Assembly (NCBI GenBank): GCA_963695555.1
Contig: CAVOGR010000001.1
Span: forward strand, 512,001-576,000
Origin: an uncultured Gemmatimonadales bacterium
Lineage (GTDB): Bacteria; Gemmatimonadota; Gemmatimonadetes; Gemmatimonadales; GWC2-71-9
Direction of reading: 5' to 3'
Length of the DNA stretch: 64,000 nucleotides
Shown: piece after piece, positions 9,766 to 21,154 of the stretch
How the letters are laid out: the number at the start of each line of letters is the position of its first letter
How positions within the stretch are numbered: the first letter of the stretch is position 1
Made by a program: the position numbers and the translations under genes
The notes under the pieces: generated by a model
The model's database searches: none
What the model saw: only the letters and a program-made list of their open reading frames with translations
What the model was told of the DNA's origin: nothing

Positions 9766-10758
9766 ATGACCCACCCTATCCGTGCTGCCGTCGCACTTCT
9801 TCTCGCTGTGCCAATTGTGGCCAGCGGATGTGACGTCCCGGGCTACGATTCGGCCAAGACCACCTCGGTGGAAAGCCGCAGCGAGGCTCGAATGGTGCCA
9901 GTCTCTACCACCACGACCATGCCCGCGGCGTCTACCACCACCCCGACCGCTCCCGTGTTCACCGGACCGGTCTCCTTCGATGAGGCCGAGGCAGCCTATC
10001 GAGACAAGCGATACGAGGAAGCGTTCGGTATGTTCTCCGCGTACGCGATAGACCGCCCCGATAACGCGTGGGGTCGCTACATGCAGGGGCTGTCCGCCTG
10101 GAAGTCCGGACGCCTGGACGACGCGGCCGCGGCATTCGTGGCTGCGCTCGAAATCGATCCGGCCCATGAAAAGAGCCTGGTGAACCTGGCTCGCGTGTAT
10201 CTCGACCAGGACCGTCCGGCGGACGCGCTGGTCCAGGCCAAGCAGGCAGCGGAATTGAATCCCTCGTCGGGCAGCGCCTTCCGCCTCATCGGGCGGGCGT
10301 ACGGAGAGCTGGGAGATGGCGATGCGGCGCTCGAGGCCTACCATCGCGCGCTCGTGGTGGACGACCAAGATGCCTGGTCAATGAACAACCTGGGCCTTGT
10401 GTTGATCCAAGCGGGACGGTTCGACGAGGCGGTGCCGGCACTTGCCCGTGCGGTCGAGCTCCGCGACGACATTGCCATGTTCCACAACAACCTGGGTATC
10501 GCCCTCGAACGGAGCGGCTATCCCGGCGCGGCCGCCAAGGCCTTCGGCAGGGCGCTGGACGTCGACAGCACCTATGAGAAAGCCGCGACCAACCTAGCCC
10601 GCGTGACCGATCACGTCGTGGGCGCGGTGGAGGAAGACGTCGACCTCGAGTTCTTGGCCCAGCTCTTTCAGGAAGACATCGTGCGGTGGCGAGACACACC
10701 GGAGCCGGTCGTGGTGGAGCCGGTGGAGGAGGGTTCGCCGCCCATCACCAATGAATGA
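9766..10758 (+). CDS. TPR-repeat lipoprotein
   Basis: Lipobox ASGC, Thr/Pro linker, multiple TPRs (NNLGLVL..., NNLGIAL...); GGAGG RBS. Confidence 0.9.
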   Translation: MTHPIRAAVALLLAVPIVASGCDVPGYDSAKTTSVESRSEARMVPVSTTTTMPAASTTTPTAPVFTGPVSFDEAEAAYRDKRYEEAFGMFSAYAIDRPDNAWGRYMQGLSAWKSGRLDDAAAAFVAALEIDPAHEKSLVNLARVYLDQDRPADALVQAKQAAELNPSSGSAFRLIGRAYGELGDGDAALEAYHRALVVDDQDAWSMNNLGLVLIQAGRFDEAVPALARAVELRDDIAMFHNNLGIALERSGYPGAAAKAFGRALDVDSTYEKAATNLARVTDHVVGAVEEDVDLEFLAQLFQEDIVRWRDTPEPVVVEPVEEGSPPITNE

Positions 10759-10767
10759 CCACACAAG

Positions 10768-10798
10768 GCGGGGCGGCTACCATGTGTAGCCGCCCCGC
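10768..10798. terminator. Hairpin terminator between convergent TPR and PhzF genes
   Basis: GCGGGGCGGCTAC-CATGT-GTAGCCGCCCCGC, 13-bp perfect stem. Confidence 0.7.
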
Positions 10799-10942
10799 GG
10801 GTCATTCAGTGCGTTCGTGCAGCAGATTGTCCTGACACGTCGGAGAATGAGCAGCTGGCGTTACGCGGTCCGTGTCGAGCCAGATTTGGTTTGCCGGGCC
10901 GCTCGCTCGTGCCGGGACTCGGTGCAGAAGATCAGGAAGGAC

Positions 10943-11764
10943 TCAGCGTAGCTCGCCAGCATGAACCGGCAGGTCTGCCAAGAGCTCCGCCCGGAGCACC
11001 GTGACGGCCTGTCCGCCGAGGATGACGCGGTCGCCGTTGCGCCGCACCTTGAGCACGCCGCCCCGCGCCGAGGCCTGATAGGCCATGAAGGCGCTCTTGC
11101 CCAATCGCTTTTCCCAATAGGGGACGAGGCAACAATGCGCCGACCCGGTAACCGGGTCTTCCGTGATGCCGGCGGCGGGAGCGAAATAGCGAGAGACGAA
11201 ATCGAACCCCGGTCTCGAGGTGCGGCTGGTCACGATGCAGCCGCGAGCGGGGATCGTGGCCAGCCTGCCGAAGTCGGGTTGGAGGCCGGTCAGGATCTCT
11301 TCGCTCTCGACCTCGACCAGGAGGTCGAACTTGCTTTTCCCTACGTAGGTGGGAGTCGCGCCGATGGCTTCGGCCAGGCTGGGGGGCGGCGGTGTCGCTT
11401 CCGCGGGAAGTGCCGGGAAGTCCATTTCGATCCACTCGCCCGCCTGCGCGGCGGTCAAGAGACCGCTCCGAGTATGGAAGCGAGCCTGGGCACCCGCGTT
11501 CAGCCGACCCAACTCCCAGAGCACGTGCGCGCTGGCCAGTGTTGCGTGCCCGCACAAATCGACCTCGAGCTCCGGGGTGAACCATCTGAGATTGTACCCG
11601 TCACCGTTCTCCAGCAGGAACGCCGTCTCCGAGAGGTTCATTTCTTGTGCAACCTGTTGCATCCAACGATCGGTCTGCGGTTCCGACAGCAGGCACACGC
11701 CCGCCGGATTTCCGGTGAACGGCTCGGAGGCAAAGGCATCGACTTGGAGCAGTGGAACGGGCAT
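10943..11764 (-). CDS. PhzF-family isomerase
   Basis: QVDAF...GNPAGV, NLSETAF, EVDLCGHATLA, EDPVTGSAHC. Confidence 0.95.
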   Translation of the reverse strand: MPVPLLQVDAFASEPFTGNPAGVCLLSEPQTDRWMQQVAQEMNLSETAFLLENGDGYNLRWFTPELEVDLCGHATLASAHVLWELGRLNAGAQARFHTRSGLLTAAQAGEWIEMDFPALPAEATPPPPSLAEAIGATPTYVGKSKFDLLVEVESEEILTGLQPDFGRLATIPARGCIVTSRTSRPGFDFVSRYFAPAAGITEDPVTGSAHCCLVPYWEKRLGKSAFMAYQASARGGVLKVRRNGDRVILGGQAVTVLRAELLADLPVHAGELR

Positions 11765-11834
11765 GCGACATCACCGGGTAGGGGGGGACAACCGGCACCG
11801 CTGAATCATAATCGGATGCCCAACGGAAATGGTA

Positions 11835-12809
11835 TCACTCGGCATAGTGGCAGGCTGTTACCGAGTCTCCGACTTGGCGCAGCACGGGTTGCTCGAGTGA
11901 ACAGCGCGTATCTTTTCGCGGATGGAAGCACCGGGGATGAAACGGGCACCCGCTTGGAGGGGTCGAGGGGCTCGGAGGCTCGCCGCCGAGGACGATGCGC
12001 CGGCGCGATTCGGTGGGATGAGGTTCGAGGGCCGCCGAAATGAGAGCTTGGGTGTAGGGATGTCGCGGTGCCGTAAGCAGCGACTCGGTCGGCGCGCTCT
12101 CGACGATTCGTCCCAGATACATGACCAGCGTGCGCTGGGCCAGCTGGCGCACGATCGCGAGATCGTGCGCTATGAACAACAGTGACAGCCCCCGTGTTCG
12201 TTGCAATTCTCCGAGTAGGTTCATCACCTGGGCTTGAACCGACACGTCGAGGGACGAAACCGGCTCGTCGCACACGAGGAATGAAGGCTCCACGGCCAAC
12301 GCGCGGGCGATCCCGATGCGTTGTCGCTGTCCGCCGGAGAACTCGTGGGGATACTTTTCGGCGGCGTCGCGGCCCATACCGACCTCGGCAAGAAGCTGTC
12401 CGACCCGTTCGGGAATGGCCGCGCGCGGAGCCAACCTGTGGATCTCGATGCCTTCGGCCACGGCTCGGCCCACCCGCATCCTGGGGTTCAACGAGCCGTA
12501 TGGGTCCTGAAACACGATTTGCATGCGTCGCCGGAGGGCTCGAAGTTCACGTGACGGGAGAGCAAAGACGTCGTGCCCATCGAACCAGACCCGTCCGGAT
12601 GTGGGTTGTTCGAGCCGAAGGATGGTTCGGCCGATGGTGGACTTGCCGCAGCCCGATTCGCCGACGAGCCCCACCGTCTCGCCGCGCGCAACCTCGAACG
12701 ATACCCCGTCCACCGCACGCACCGGCGCGCCGGCCGCACGCAGCATGCTCACCCCGCGATAGTACTTGACGAGGTTCTCGACCACGAGCAACGGATCGGC
12801 GGCAGTCAT
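11835..12809 (-). CDS. Oligopeptide/dipeptide ABC transporter ATPase (OppF/DppF-like)
   Basis: [27 protein letters not shown] and C-terminal CPFHPRC. Confidence 0.95.
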   Translation of the reverse strand: MTAADPLLVVENLVKYYRGVSMLRAAGAPVRAVDGVSFEVARGETVGLVGESGCGKSTIGRTILRLEQPTSGRVWFDGHDVFALPSRELRALRRRMQIVFQDPYGSLNPRMRVGRAVAEGIEIHRLAPRAAIPERVGQLLAEVGMGRDAAEKYPHEFSGGQRQRIGIARALAVEPSFLVCDEPVSSLDVSVQAQVMNLLGELQRTRGLSLLFIAHDLAIVRQLAQRTLVMYLGRIVESAPTESLLTAPRHPYTQALISAALEPHPTESRRRIVLGGEPPSPSTPPSGCPFHPRCFHPRKDTRCSLEQPVLRQVGDSVTACHYAE

Positions 12810-13783
12810 GCGGGCGCCTCCTCCACGAGCCAACATGCTGCATGGTGTCCGTGGCCCGCTTCCAAACGTGGCGGGTCATCCACGTGGCAGCGGGGCATCG
12901 CCTTGGGGCAGCGGGGATGAAACCGACAGCCCGGCGGCCAATGGGCGGGATCGGGCACGGCGCCGGGAATCGGAACTAGCGGTCGGCGCGGGCCCGTCAG
13001 CCGCGGAACTGAGTTGAGGAGGCCTTGGGTATACGGGTGGGTCGGTTTGGAAAACAGCGCGCCCGTCTCGGCCTCCTCCACGATGCGCCCGGCATACATC
13101 ACGGCTACGCGATCCGCATGGCCCGCGACAATGCCCAAGTCGTGGGTGATGAGGAGGATGGCCAGGCCATGGCTCGCTTGGAGTCGGTCGAGGATCTCCA
13201 GGATTTGCGCCTGCACCGTCACGTCCAGCGCGGTGGTCGGCTCGTCCGCGATGAGGACCTCGGGTCCGGTCGCGAGCGCCATCGCGATCATTACGCGCTG
13301 GCGCATGCCCCCGCTCATCTCGTGGGGATACTGATCGATTCGACTGGCCGGATCGGGAATGCCAACCTCACGCAACAATGCCAGTGCCCGGTCGCGCGCG
13401 GCCTTTGGCGTTACCGACTCATGCGCCGCGATCGTCTCGATGATTTGGGCACCCGCGGTGAATACCGGGTTGAGGCTCGTCATGGGATCCTGGAACACCA
13501 TAGCCAGGTGCTTCCCGCGCATCGACCGGAGCGCGCGCGGGTCCATGGCCAGGATGTCTAGATCTCCGAATCGGAGGCTGCTGCCGGGCTCGATCCGTCC
13601 GGGCGACGGTACCAGGCGCAGCAGGGCCAGGCTGGTCAAGGTCTTCCCCGAACCCGACTCCCCCACGAGAGCGAGTGTCTCCCCGCGGGCCAGCGCAAAA
13701 GTGACGCCATCGACCGGAGTCGAGGTCCCGGTGTCGGTGGGAAAACTGATCCGGAGGTCGCGAACGGTGAGCAGCGGGTTCAT
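12806..13783 (-). CDS. Oligopeptide/dipeptide ABC transporter ATPase (OppD/DppD-like)
   Basis: [33 protein letters not shown]; start MNPLL at 13783. Confidence 0.95.
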   Translation of the reverse strand: MNPLLTVRDLRISFPTDTGTSTPVDGVTFALARGETLALVGESGSGKTLTSLALLRLVPSPGRIEPGSSLRFGDLDILAMDPRALRSMRGKHLAMVFQDPMTSLNPVFTAGAQIIETIAAHESVTPKAARDRALALLREVGIPDPASRIDQYPHEMSGGMRQRVMIAMALATGPEVLIADEPTTALDVTVQAQILEILDRLQASHGLAILLITHDLGIVAGHADRVAVMYAGRIVEEAETGALFSKPTHPYTQGLLNSVPRLTGPRRPLVPIPGAVPDPAHWPPGCRFHPRCPKAMPRCHVDDPPRLEAGHGHHAACWLVEEAPA

Positions 13784-14622
13784 GCCAGCCGCGGATCGGT
13801 GGCGGCGCGTAGCGCGTCGCCGAACATGTTGACGGCCAATACGGTCACGACGATCGCGAAGCCGGGAAAGACACTGGCCCAGGGCGCGACAAACAGGGTT
13901 TCCTGGGCGTCCAGAATCATGCCGCCCCATGTTGGCGTTGGCGGGCGGACGCCGACGCCAAGATAGGACAACCCCGCCTCGAGCAGGATCACGTTGCCCA
14001 CGCCGAGCGTCGCCGCGACGAGCAGCGGTCCGGATGCGTTGGGAAGGAGGTGGCGGAGCACGATCCGCATGCGGCTCGCGCCCAGCGCCTCTGCCGCGTG
14101 CACGTACGGCTCCTGCTTGATCCGAAGCACTTCGCCCCGAACCAGTCGGCTCGTGCCAAACCACCCGGTCGTGCCGAGTACGACGATGAACGCGGCGAGC
14201 GGCATGGCGTCCCACGCAGCGACGACGAGCAACAGGACGAACAATCGCGGAATGGCCAGCGCGCCGTCGACCAGCCGCATAAGAGCGACATCGACCCACC
14301 CACCCCAATAGCCGGCAACCAATCCCACAACGGCGCCCAAGGTGATCGACAGCGCAACCGCCACCAACGCAATCGACAGCGAGATGCGGGCTCCGGTCGC
14401 GACCCGTGCGAGCACGTCGCGGCTGAGTTGATCGGTTCCGAACCAATGGGCGGCACTCGGCGGCCGATTGGCACCCGCGAGAATGTCGGGTTGGGCCAGC
14501 GGATCCGGCAAGAAGAGCGGAGCGACGACAGCCGCAACCACGAGGCCGGTTAACACGAAGACCCCAAGCCGGCCTCGAGATGACGAGACCGCATGCAGCA
14601 ACACCTCCCGAACAGTGCTCAT
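13780..14622 (-). CDS. Peptide ABC transporter permease (OppC/DppC-like)
   Basis: HWFGTDQLSRD, EAA loop AAEALGAS, LSYLGVG..PP.PTWG. Confidence 0.93.
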   Translation of the reverse strand: MSTVREVLLHAVSSSRGRLGVFVLTGLVVAAVVAPLFLPDPLAQPDILAGANRPPSAAHWFGTDQLSRDVLARVATGARISLSIALVAVALSITLGAVVGLVAGYWGGWVDVALMRLVDGALAIPRLFVLLLVVAAWDAMPLAAFIVVLGTTGWFGTSRLVRGEVLRIKQEPYVHAAEALGASRMRIVLRHLLPNASGPLLVAATLGVGNVILLEAGLSYLGVGVRPPTPTWGGMILDAQETLFVAPWASVFPGFAIVVTVLAVNMFGDALRAATDPRLA

Positions 14623-15593
14623 GTGGCGTGTCGCACCCTGGGGTCCAGCCAGGCGTAGGCCATATCCGTCAGCCATCCACCTCCGACAACCAACGCCGCC
14701 GCCAGGAGCGAAGCTCCCATAATGACGGGGTAGTCTCGGCCTGAGATCGCCTTGGCCGTGAGCGACCCCAGCCCCGGCCAATTGAATACATGCTCGACGA
14801 AGACCGAACCGGTCACGACGATGGGAAGCCAGAGTCCAAACAGAGTGATCACGGGAAACAGGGCCGTCCGCCAGGCGTGCCGCCAGATGACGTGCCGCTC
14901 CGACAACCCTTTGGCGCGGGCGGTCCGAATATAGGGCTCGCGCAGCGCCTCGATCATGGCAGTGCGTTGGTAGCGCATCGTGGCCGCGATACTCACGATC
15001 GACAGCGTGAGTGCAGGGAGGACCAGGTGGCGGAGAATATCGAGGGATCGCACCACGACCCCGGCATCAGGCGGCAGCAGGGGGTCGATCATGCCGAGGG
15101 CCGGCAGGATGTGCCACCGGATGCCCACGAGCCAGGCGAGGATCAGGCCCAGCCAAAAGGACGGCATTGCGAATGCGGCCAACGACAGCGTCGACAGCCA
15201 TCGGTCGAGTCGTCCGCCGAGGCGGACGGCCTGCAGGGCACCGAGCCAGATGCCGAGGGTGAAGTTCAACACCAGCACCGTGCCGCCGAGCAGGAGGGAG
15301 GCGGGGAGCCGTTGACGAATGAGCGTCGTGACCGGGATGCGGTATTCGATCGACACGCCGAGCTCCCCTCGGGCCAGGCCACTCACGAAGCGCGTGAATT
15401 GCTGCGGGATCGGCTGGTCCAGGCCATAGAGCGCCCGGAGGGCGGCAACTTCTTCGGCGCTCATGGGCCGGTCACCCATCAGCCGGGCGAGCGGATCGCC
15501 GGGGGTCACGCGCATCAAAACGAACATGAGCACGGCCGCGACCGCGATGGTCACGGCCGCCTGCGCCGTCCGGCCTGCGATCCAGCGCCTCAC
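14619..15593 (-). CDS. Peptide ABC transporter permease (OppB/DppB-like)
   Basis: PGDP, YGLDQP, YIRTARAKGL, VEHVFNWPGLG, RDYPVIMG. Confidence 0.95.
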   Translation of the reverse strand: MRRWIAGRTAQAAVTIAVAAVLMFVLMRVTPGDPLARLMGDRPMSAEEVAALRALYGLDQPIPQQFTRFVSGLARGELGVSIEYRIPVTTLIRQRLPASLLLGGTVLVLNFTLGIWLGALQAVRLGGRLDRWLSTLSLAAFAMPSFWLGLILAWLVGIRWHILPALGMIDPLLPPDAGVVVRSLDILRHLVLPALTLSIVSIAATMRYQRTAMIEALREPYIRTARAKGLSERHVIWRHAWRTALFPVITLFGLWLPIVVTGSVFVEHVFNWPGLGSLTAKAISGRDYPVIMGASLLAAALVVGGGWLTDMAYAWLDPRVRHAT

Positions 15594-15630
15594 CGCGCCA
15601 CGGCGTGGTCGAAAGCCCTGCCCGCGCGCC

Positions 15631-17253
15631 TCAGGGAGCGACGGTCCATTGGTAAATCGTAGACCACGGGCTCCACGGCGTGAGGGTTACGGTGCCGAAG
15701 CGGCGGTGAATGGCGACGACCTTTGCGGGTGCGTAGAGAAAGGCGGCCGGGGCGTCGTCACGGATCTGCAGGAGGACGGTCTTCCAGAGCGGAGCTGGAT
15801 CGGCGGAAGTCGTCAGCGCCACCGCCATCAGAGAATCGACGCGAGGATCGCAGTAGCCCCCGACGTTCGCATTGGGCACGCCGACGCTCTGGCACGACCA
15901 GCTGTTGCGGATCCCGGACGGAGTCGGATCCATGCTCGCGGCAGCGATCTCCATGTCGAAGCGTCCGGCGTTGCGCCGCTCGATGAACACTGGAATGGCG
16001 AGGATGGAGAGTTCGACCCGAATACCGATGCCACGGAGCTGCTCTTGAATCTCGAGCCCCATCTGACGCCGGGAGGCGCTCGTCGCGGGGATGTTGAGCG
16101 TGAGCGCCAACGGCCTGCCGCCACGATCGAGCACCCCGTCCCGATCGCTGTCCCGCCAGCCGGCCTGGCGCAGGAGCCGGCGCGCTTGGGCCGTGTCGCG
16201 TGCCTCGGCCGGGCCCGCTAACCCCCGAATCCAGAAGATTTGTGGTGTAGGGCCGTTGGGCACGTCTCCGAAGTCGCCGAACAACGACCGAGTGATCGCG
16301 TGCCGGTTGAGGGCCAAGGTGATGGCGTGGCGAACCCGGGCGTCGCCCAGCACCGGATGGGCTCGGCTGAGGTCGTCCGGCGAGCGCTGATTGAAGAGGA
16401 GATATCCAACGATGCTTCCCGGGACCGTGTGGAGTTGGATGTCCTTGTGCCGGCCCAGTCGTTCGAGATTGGACAGCGGCGGGACCACGCCCTCCGACGC
16501 ATCGGCCTCACCGCTCAACAACATGATCAGGCGGGCGTCTGGCGACTCGGCGGCACGGAAGATGACCCGAGTGATGTGAGGCCGGCCCAAGAAATGATCG
16601 GCCACGGCGGTCAGTTCGACGAATTGTCCCGGCACCCGCCGTCCCCATCGATATGGTCCGTTGCCGACGGGCTGTTGGGCGAAGTCGGACGACGCAAACA
16701 AGGAATCGGGCACCGTCCCGACCAAATGCGCCGGAAGCGGCTGAACATGAAACACGGCATCGTACAGCTGTTCGTTATAGGCGCGGTCGAATGTGATCAC
16801 GACGCGGCGGGCTCCCTCCGCGGACACCGAGACAATGTGCCGGATGGCGGGTGCGAGATGTCCGCCGGTGGCGGGATTGCGCGCGCGGGTGAATGTGAAC
16901 ACGACATCCCGGGCGGTGACCGGGACGCCGTCGTGCCACCGTGCGGCGGGATCGAGATCGAAGGCGAGCGTCACGGAATCGCGGCGTTGCCAGCTCGAGG
17001 CCAGCTGGGGCACGAAGCCTTCATCGCCGGCGGTGCGAAGGCTTGGTCCCAAAGCGGCAAGCCGGAGAAACAGCAAATCCGCCACGTCCTGATTCCCCGT
17101 CCCTGAGATCAGGGTGGGGATTGGCAGCGTCGCCTCCTGCCCAGTGGCGATGACGATGGTCGCGGAGCGTTGTGCGCAGGCGAGTTCAGACCCGAAAACG
17201 AGCACACCGACTACGATTGTTGTGCTGAATACCGCGCGGGAGCGTGAGGCCAT
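15631..17253 (-). CDS. Peptide ABC transporter substrate-binding protein (family 5)
   Basis: ARWHDGVPVTARDVVFT, PVGNGPY, VRHAITLALNR, GWRDSDRDG; start inferred at ATG 17253. Confidence 0.9.
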   Translation of the reverse strand: MASRSRAVFSTTIVVGVLVFGSELACAQRSATIVIATGQEATLPIPTLISGTGNQDVADLLFLRLAALGPSLRTAGDEGFVPQLASSWQRRDSVTLAFDLDPAARWHDGVPVTARDVVFTFTRARNPATGGHLAPAIRHIVSVSAEGARRVVITFDRAYNEQLYDAVFHVQPLPAHLVGTVPDSLFASSDFAQQPVGNGPYRWGRRVPGQFVELTAVADHFLGRPHITRVIFRAAESPDARLIMLLSGEADASEGVVPPLSNLERLGRHKDIQLHTVPGSIVGYLLFNQRSPDDLSRAHPVLGDARVRHAITLALNRHAITRSLFGDFGDVPNGPTPQIFWIRGLAGPAEARDTAQARRLLRQAGWRDSDRDGVLDRGGRPLALTLNIPATSASRRQMGLEIQEQLRGIGIRVELSILAIPVFIERRNAGRFDMEIAAASMDPTPSGIRNSWSCQSVGVPNANVGGYCDPRVDSLMAVALTTSADPAPLWKTVLLQIRDDAPAAFLYAPAKVVAIHRRFGTVTLTPWSPWSTIYQWTVAP

Positions 17254-17347
17254 CGGGCGATCCTTCAAGGAGAGGATGCGCAGGCGCGAGTGGTCGTCGG
17301 AAAGATAAGAAGATAAGGGGGACAGCGGGGTGGGTGTGAGAAGCGGG

Positions 17348-18142
17348 TCACCGATTCCAGGTCCACGCCTCATCGCGGAACTGACCGGTGTACCGCTCCG
17401 CTGACGCGCGAAGACGACGCGTGCGCGCTCCATCCGCCGCCGTCCACGGCCCGCGCCATCCGGCCAGGGCCGAATGGATGGCCTCCGCTACTTCGTCAAA
17501 CGACACGCGTCGGCCGAGTTCCGCGGAAAGCGGTGTGTCGCGGGTGGACGGCGCCCGGTCCGCATCGAGCAACAGCTCGCGGACCGTCTCCTGTGAGTCT
17601 TCGAGGAGAATGGAGCCGTGCTGCAGGAAGGCCTCGCCCTGACGCAGTTGGGCGCTCCCGACCACCTTACCCCCGGTCAACATGATCTCCCCCCCCGCCG
17701 GGTGGGCGAAGCATGGTCCCGCATCGAGCCCAGCGCTGCCTCGGGGTGATGGGGCGAGCGACGCCGCGGCACCGAGCTGGGCCAGCGCCTCCGCGAGCAC
17801 GCCATGGATTTCCTGATAGGCGTCCTTCAGCGTGCCGAACTTCGCGGTCGGCGCCGCCACGGCGTAGGTCAGCTCGCGAGCGTGCCAGACTGCCCGGCCA
17901 CCGGTCGGACGGCGGACCACCGACAGCCCGAGCCGTCGGATACGCTCGCGATCGTATCGGCGTGTGGCGGGCTCGTTCCGCCCGAAGGAAAGGCAGTGGG
18001 GTTGCCACCGGTACAGCCGCAGATAGGCGCCGCCGTCTTCCGTGGCCAGATCGAGCAAGGCCCGGTCCAACGCCATGTTGCGCCAACCCGGCTCGCCGTC
18101 GGCCTCCACCAGCACGTGGCATCGCATGGCCTGGCCGATCAC
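17348..18142 (-). CDS. Lipoate-protein ligase A / LipM-like octanoyltransferase
   Basis: NMALDRALL, LSFGRN, VRRPTGGRAVWH, KVVGSAQ, QHGSI; adjacent to gcvP/gcvH. Confidence 0.9.
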   Translation of the reverse strand: MIGQAMRCHVLVEADGEPGWRNMALDRALLDLATEDGGAYLRLYRWQPHCLSFGRNEPATRRYDRERIRRLGLSVVRRPTGGRAVWHARELTYAVAAPTAKFGTLKDAYQEIHGVLAEALAQLGAAASLAPSPRGSAGLDAGPCFAHPAGGEIMLTGGKVVGSAQLRQGEAFLQHGSILLEDSQETVRELLLDADRAPSTRDTPLSAELGRRVSFDEVAEAIHSALAGWRGPWTAADGARTRRLRASAERYTGQFRDEAWTWNR

Positions 18143-18145
18143 TCG

Positions 18146-21067
18146 CTAGACCTCTGCGTAGGCCTCCAGCGGCGGGCACGAGCAGATCAGATGCCGGTCG
18201 CCGTACGCGCTGTCGATCCGTCCCACAGCAGGCCACACCTTGTGCTCGCGAGTCTCGGCGCTCGGATACCCGGCACGCTCGCGGGAATAGGGTCGATCCC
18301 ACGTATCTGAAATGACGTCGGCGATGGTGTGCGGCGCGTAGCTCAGGATGTTGTTACCCGGTTCGGCGCGTCCTTCCTCGATCTCCCGGATCTCTTGCCG
18401 AATGGCGATCATCGCGTCGCAGAATCGATCGAGTTCCCGCTTGGGCTCGCTCTCGGTCGGCTCCACCATGAGAGTTCCCGGAACGGGGAAGGACACGGTT
18501 GGCGGGTGGAAGCTGAAATCGATGAGGCGTTTGGCGACATCTTCGACGTCGACTCCGGCCGACTTCTTGAATGGGCGGGTATCCAGAATGCACTCGTGCC
18601 CAATCAGCCCGGCAGTCCCGCTATACAGCAGCGGGAAGTGTTCCTTGATGCGGTGGGCCATGTAGTTCGCGTTGAGGATCGCAATCCGGGTCGCCTCCGT
18701 GAGCCCGTCCGGACCCATGAGGGCCAGATATGCCCAGGAGATGGGGAGGATGGACGGGCTGCCCCACGGCGCCGCCGATACGGTTCCGCACGGCGCTTCC
18801 CGGCCCAGCGGCACAACGGGATGATCGGGGAGGTACGGCGCGAGATGCGAGGCCACGGCGATCGGTCCCATGCCGGGGCCGCCCCCGCCGTGAGGAATGC
18901 AAAAGGTCTTGTGCAGGTTCAAGTGGCAGACATCGGCCCCGATGTCGCCGGGACGGCAGAGGCCCACTTGGGCGTTCAGGTTGGCCCCGTCCATATAGAC
19001 CTGACCGCCGTTCGCATGGATGATCTCGCACACCCTTCGGATCCCGGCTTCGAACACGCCGTGGGTGGAGGGATACGTCACCATGAGCGCGCCGAGCGTG
19101 TCCCGGTGCTTTTCGGCCTTGGCTTGGAGGTCCTGCATGTCGATGTTGCCGCCCGGATCGGTGGTGACCGGCACCACCGTCATTCCCGCCATGACGGCGC
19201 TTGCGGGATTGGTGCCGTGGGCGGACTGCGGAATGAGGCAGGTGATGCGACCGGGCTCTCCGCGGGCGCGATGGTAGGCCCGAATCGTCAGGAGGCCGCA
19301 GAACTCCCCCTGCGAGCCGGCATTCGGCTGCAGGCTGACGGCGTCGAAGCCGGTGATCTCGGCCAGTTGGGCCTCCAAGTCCCGGAACAACTCGGTGTAG
19401 CCCTGAGCCTGCTCCCGCGGCGCGAAGGGATGCAGCCCTCCAAAGCCGGCCCACGTAATCGGCACCATCTCCGCGGTGGCATTCAGCTTCATGGTGCAGG
19501 ATCCGAGCGGAATCATTGCTGCGGTGAGTGACAGATCCTTTGCCTCGAGCTGCTTCAGGTAGCGCAACATCTCGGTCTCGCTGCGATACCGATGGAACAC
19601 CGGGTGAGTGAGATAAGATGTGGTTCGGCGCTGCGCTGCCGGAATACGCTTGGGTACATCGGTCAGGTCGACATCCGCGGGACGCCCGAGAGCGAACGCC
19701 GCGAGGAGGTCCGAGAGGTCGGTCTCCGTCGTGGTTTCGTCGAAGGCGACACCGAGGCGGGTCGCGGAGACTTCCCGGAGGTTCATGTTCCGTTCGCGCG
19801 CGGCCGCGACGATCTTCTGGACTTGGCCGGCGGCGACGTCGATCGCCACGGTATCGAAGAAGACCGCGTGAGCCACTTCATAGCCGAGTCGTTTGACACC
19901 CTCGGCGAATCTGGCGGCGAGCTGGTGCACCCGCTCGGCGATGCGGCGGATTCCTTCGGGGCCATGGTACACCGCATACATGCTGGCAATCACGGCAAGG
20001 AGCACCTGGGCGGTGCAGATGTTGCTCGTGGCCTTGTCGCGGCGGATGTGCTGTTCGCGGGTCTGGAGGGCCATGCGCAGCGCGGGCTGGCCACTGCGAT
20101 CCTTGCTCACGCCGATGATCCGGCCTGGGATCTGCCGCTTGTAGTCGTCGCGCGTGGCGAAGAAGGCGGCGTGCGGCCCTCCGTATCCCAGCGGAACGCC
20201 GAACCGTTGCGAATTTCCCACCGCGATGTCCGCACCCCACTCACCGGGAGGCACGAGGAGGGCGAGCGCGAGCAGGTCGGTGGCGGCAGTGACCAGCGCG
20301 CCGACGCCGTGCGCCCGATCGCATACCGCTCGAAGATCTTCGACCTTCCCTTCGGTCGACGGGTACTGCACGAGCGCGCCGAACACCGACGCGTCGAACT
20401 CGAATGTGGCCGGCGGCGCGACGACTACCTCGATGCCACGCGCCTCGGCTCGGGTCTCGACCACAGCGATGGTCTGCGGGTGACAGCCGGTATCGATCAA
20501 GTACCGATGAGCGTCGGATTTGGAAACTGCATGTGAAAGCGTCATGGCCTCCGCCGCCGCTGTCGCCTCATCCAACAGCGACGCGTTGGCGACCTCGAGC
20601 CCCGTCAGATCCGAGACCATCGTCTGGAAATTGAGCAGGGCCTCGAGCCGGCCTTGTGCGATCTCTGCCTGGTACGGGGTGTAGGCCGTGTACCATCCCG
20701 GATTTTCCAGGATGTTGCGCTGAATTACCGGCGGCGTGAAGCAATCCGAGTACCCCATGCCGATGTACGTTTTGAACACGATGTTCTGGGACGCCATCCG
20801 CTGGAGCGCCGCTAACACCTCCTGCTCGGACCGCGCGGGCGGCAGATCGAGGGGGCGACGGTCGCGAATGTCCTCCGGAACCAGCGTGTCGATCAGGCTG
20901 TCCAGCGAGTCGTAGCCCATCGCGTCCAGCATCCGCCGGACGTCGTCCTCGCGCGGTCCGATATGCCGGTCAACAAACCGTCCGTCGCCGCGCGGAGCAG
21001 GCGTGGCCCCCTCCGACCCGGAGTGCGCTGATGATGAACGGCCGGTTTCTTCAGTCGTCGTTGCCAT
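18146..21067 (-). CDS. gcvP: Glycine dehydrogenase (decarboxylating), single-chain P protein
   Basis: [38 protein letters not shown]; 973 aa. Confidence 0.98.
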   Translation of the reverse strand: MATTTEETGRSSSAHSGSEGATPAPRGDGRFVDRHIGPREDDVRRMLDAMGYDSLDSLIDTLVPEDIRDRRPLDLPPARSEQEVLAALQRMASQNIVFKTYIGMGYSDCFTPPVIQRNILENPGWYTAYTPYQAEIAQGRLEALLNFQTMVSDLTGLEVANASLLDEATAAAEAMTLSHAVSKSDAHRYLIDTGCHPQTIAVVETRAEARGIEVVVAPPATFEFDASVFGALVQYPSTEGKVEDLRAVCDRAHGVGALVTAATDLLALALLVPPGEWGADIAVGNSQRFGVPLGYGGPHAAFFATRDDYKRQIPGRIIGVSKDRSGQPALRMALQTREQHIRRDKATSNICTAQVLLAVIASMYAVYHGPEGIRRIAERVHQLAARFAEGVKRLGYEVAHAVFFDTVAIDVAAGQVQKIVAAARERNMNLREVSATRLGVAFDETTTETDLSDLLAAFALGRPADVDLTDVPKRIPAAQRRTTSYLTHPVFHRYRSETEMLRYLKQLEAKDLSLTAAMIPLGSCTMKLNATAEMVPITWAGFGGLHPFAPREQAQGYTELFRDLEAQLAEITGFDAVSLQPNAGSQGEFCGLLTIRAYHRARGEPGRITCLIPQSAHGTNPASAVMAGMTVVPVTTDPGGNIDMQDLQAKAEKHRDTLGALMVTYPSTHGVFEAGIRRVCEIIHANGGQVYMDGANLNAQVGLCRPGDIGADVCHLNLHKTFCIPHGGGGPGMGPIAVASHLAPYLPDHPVVPLGREAPCGTVSAAPWGSPSILPISWAYLALMGPDGLTEATRIAILNANYMAHRIKEHFPLLYSGTAGLIGHECILDTRPFKKSAGVDVEDVAKRLIDFSFHPPTVSFPVPGTLMVEPTESEPKRELDRFCDAMIAIRQEIREIEEGRAEPGNNILSYAPHTIADVISDTWDRPYSRERAGYPSAETREHKVWPAVGRIDSAYGDRHLICSCPPLEAYAEV

Positions 21068-21154
21068 GAATGGTCTGCGTCCTTGTGTGCAAACGCCCCG
21101 AGGTTTGGTCCCCCGGGGCGTTGGTTCGTGCCAGACGTGATCACCGCGGGGTGC

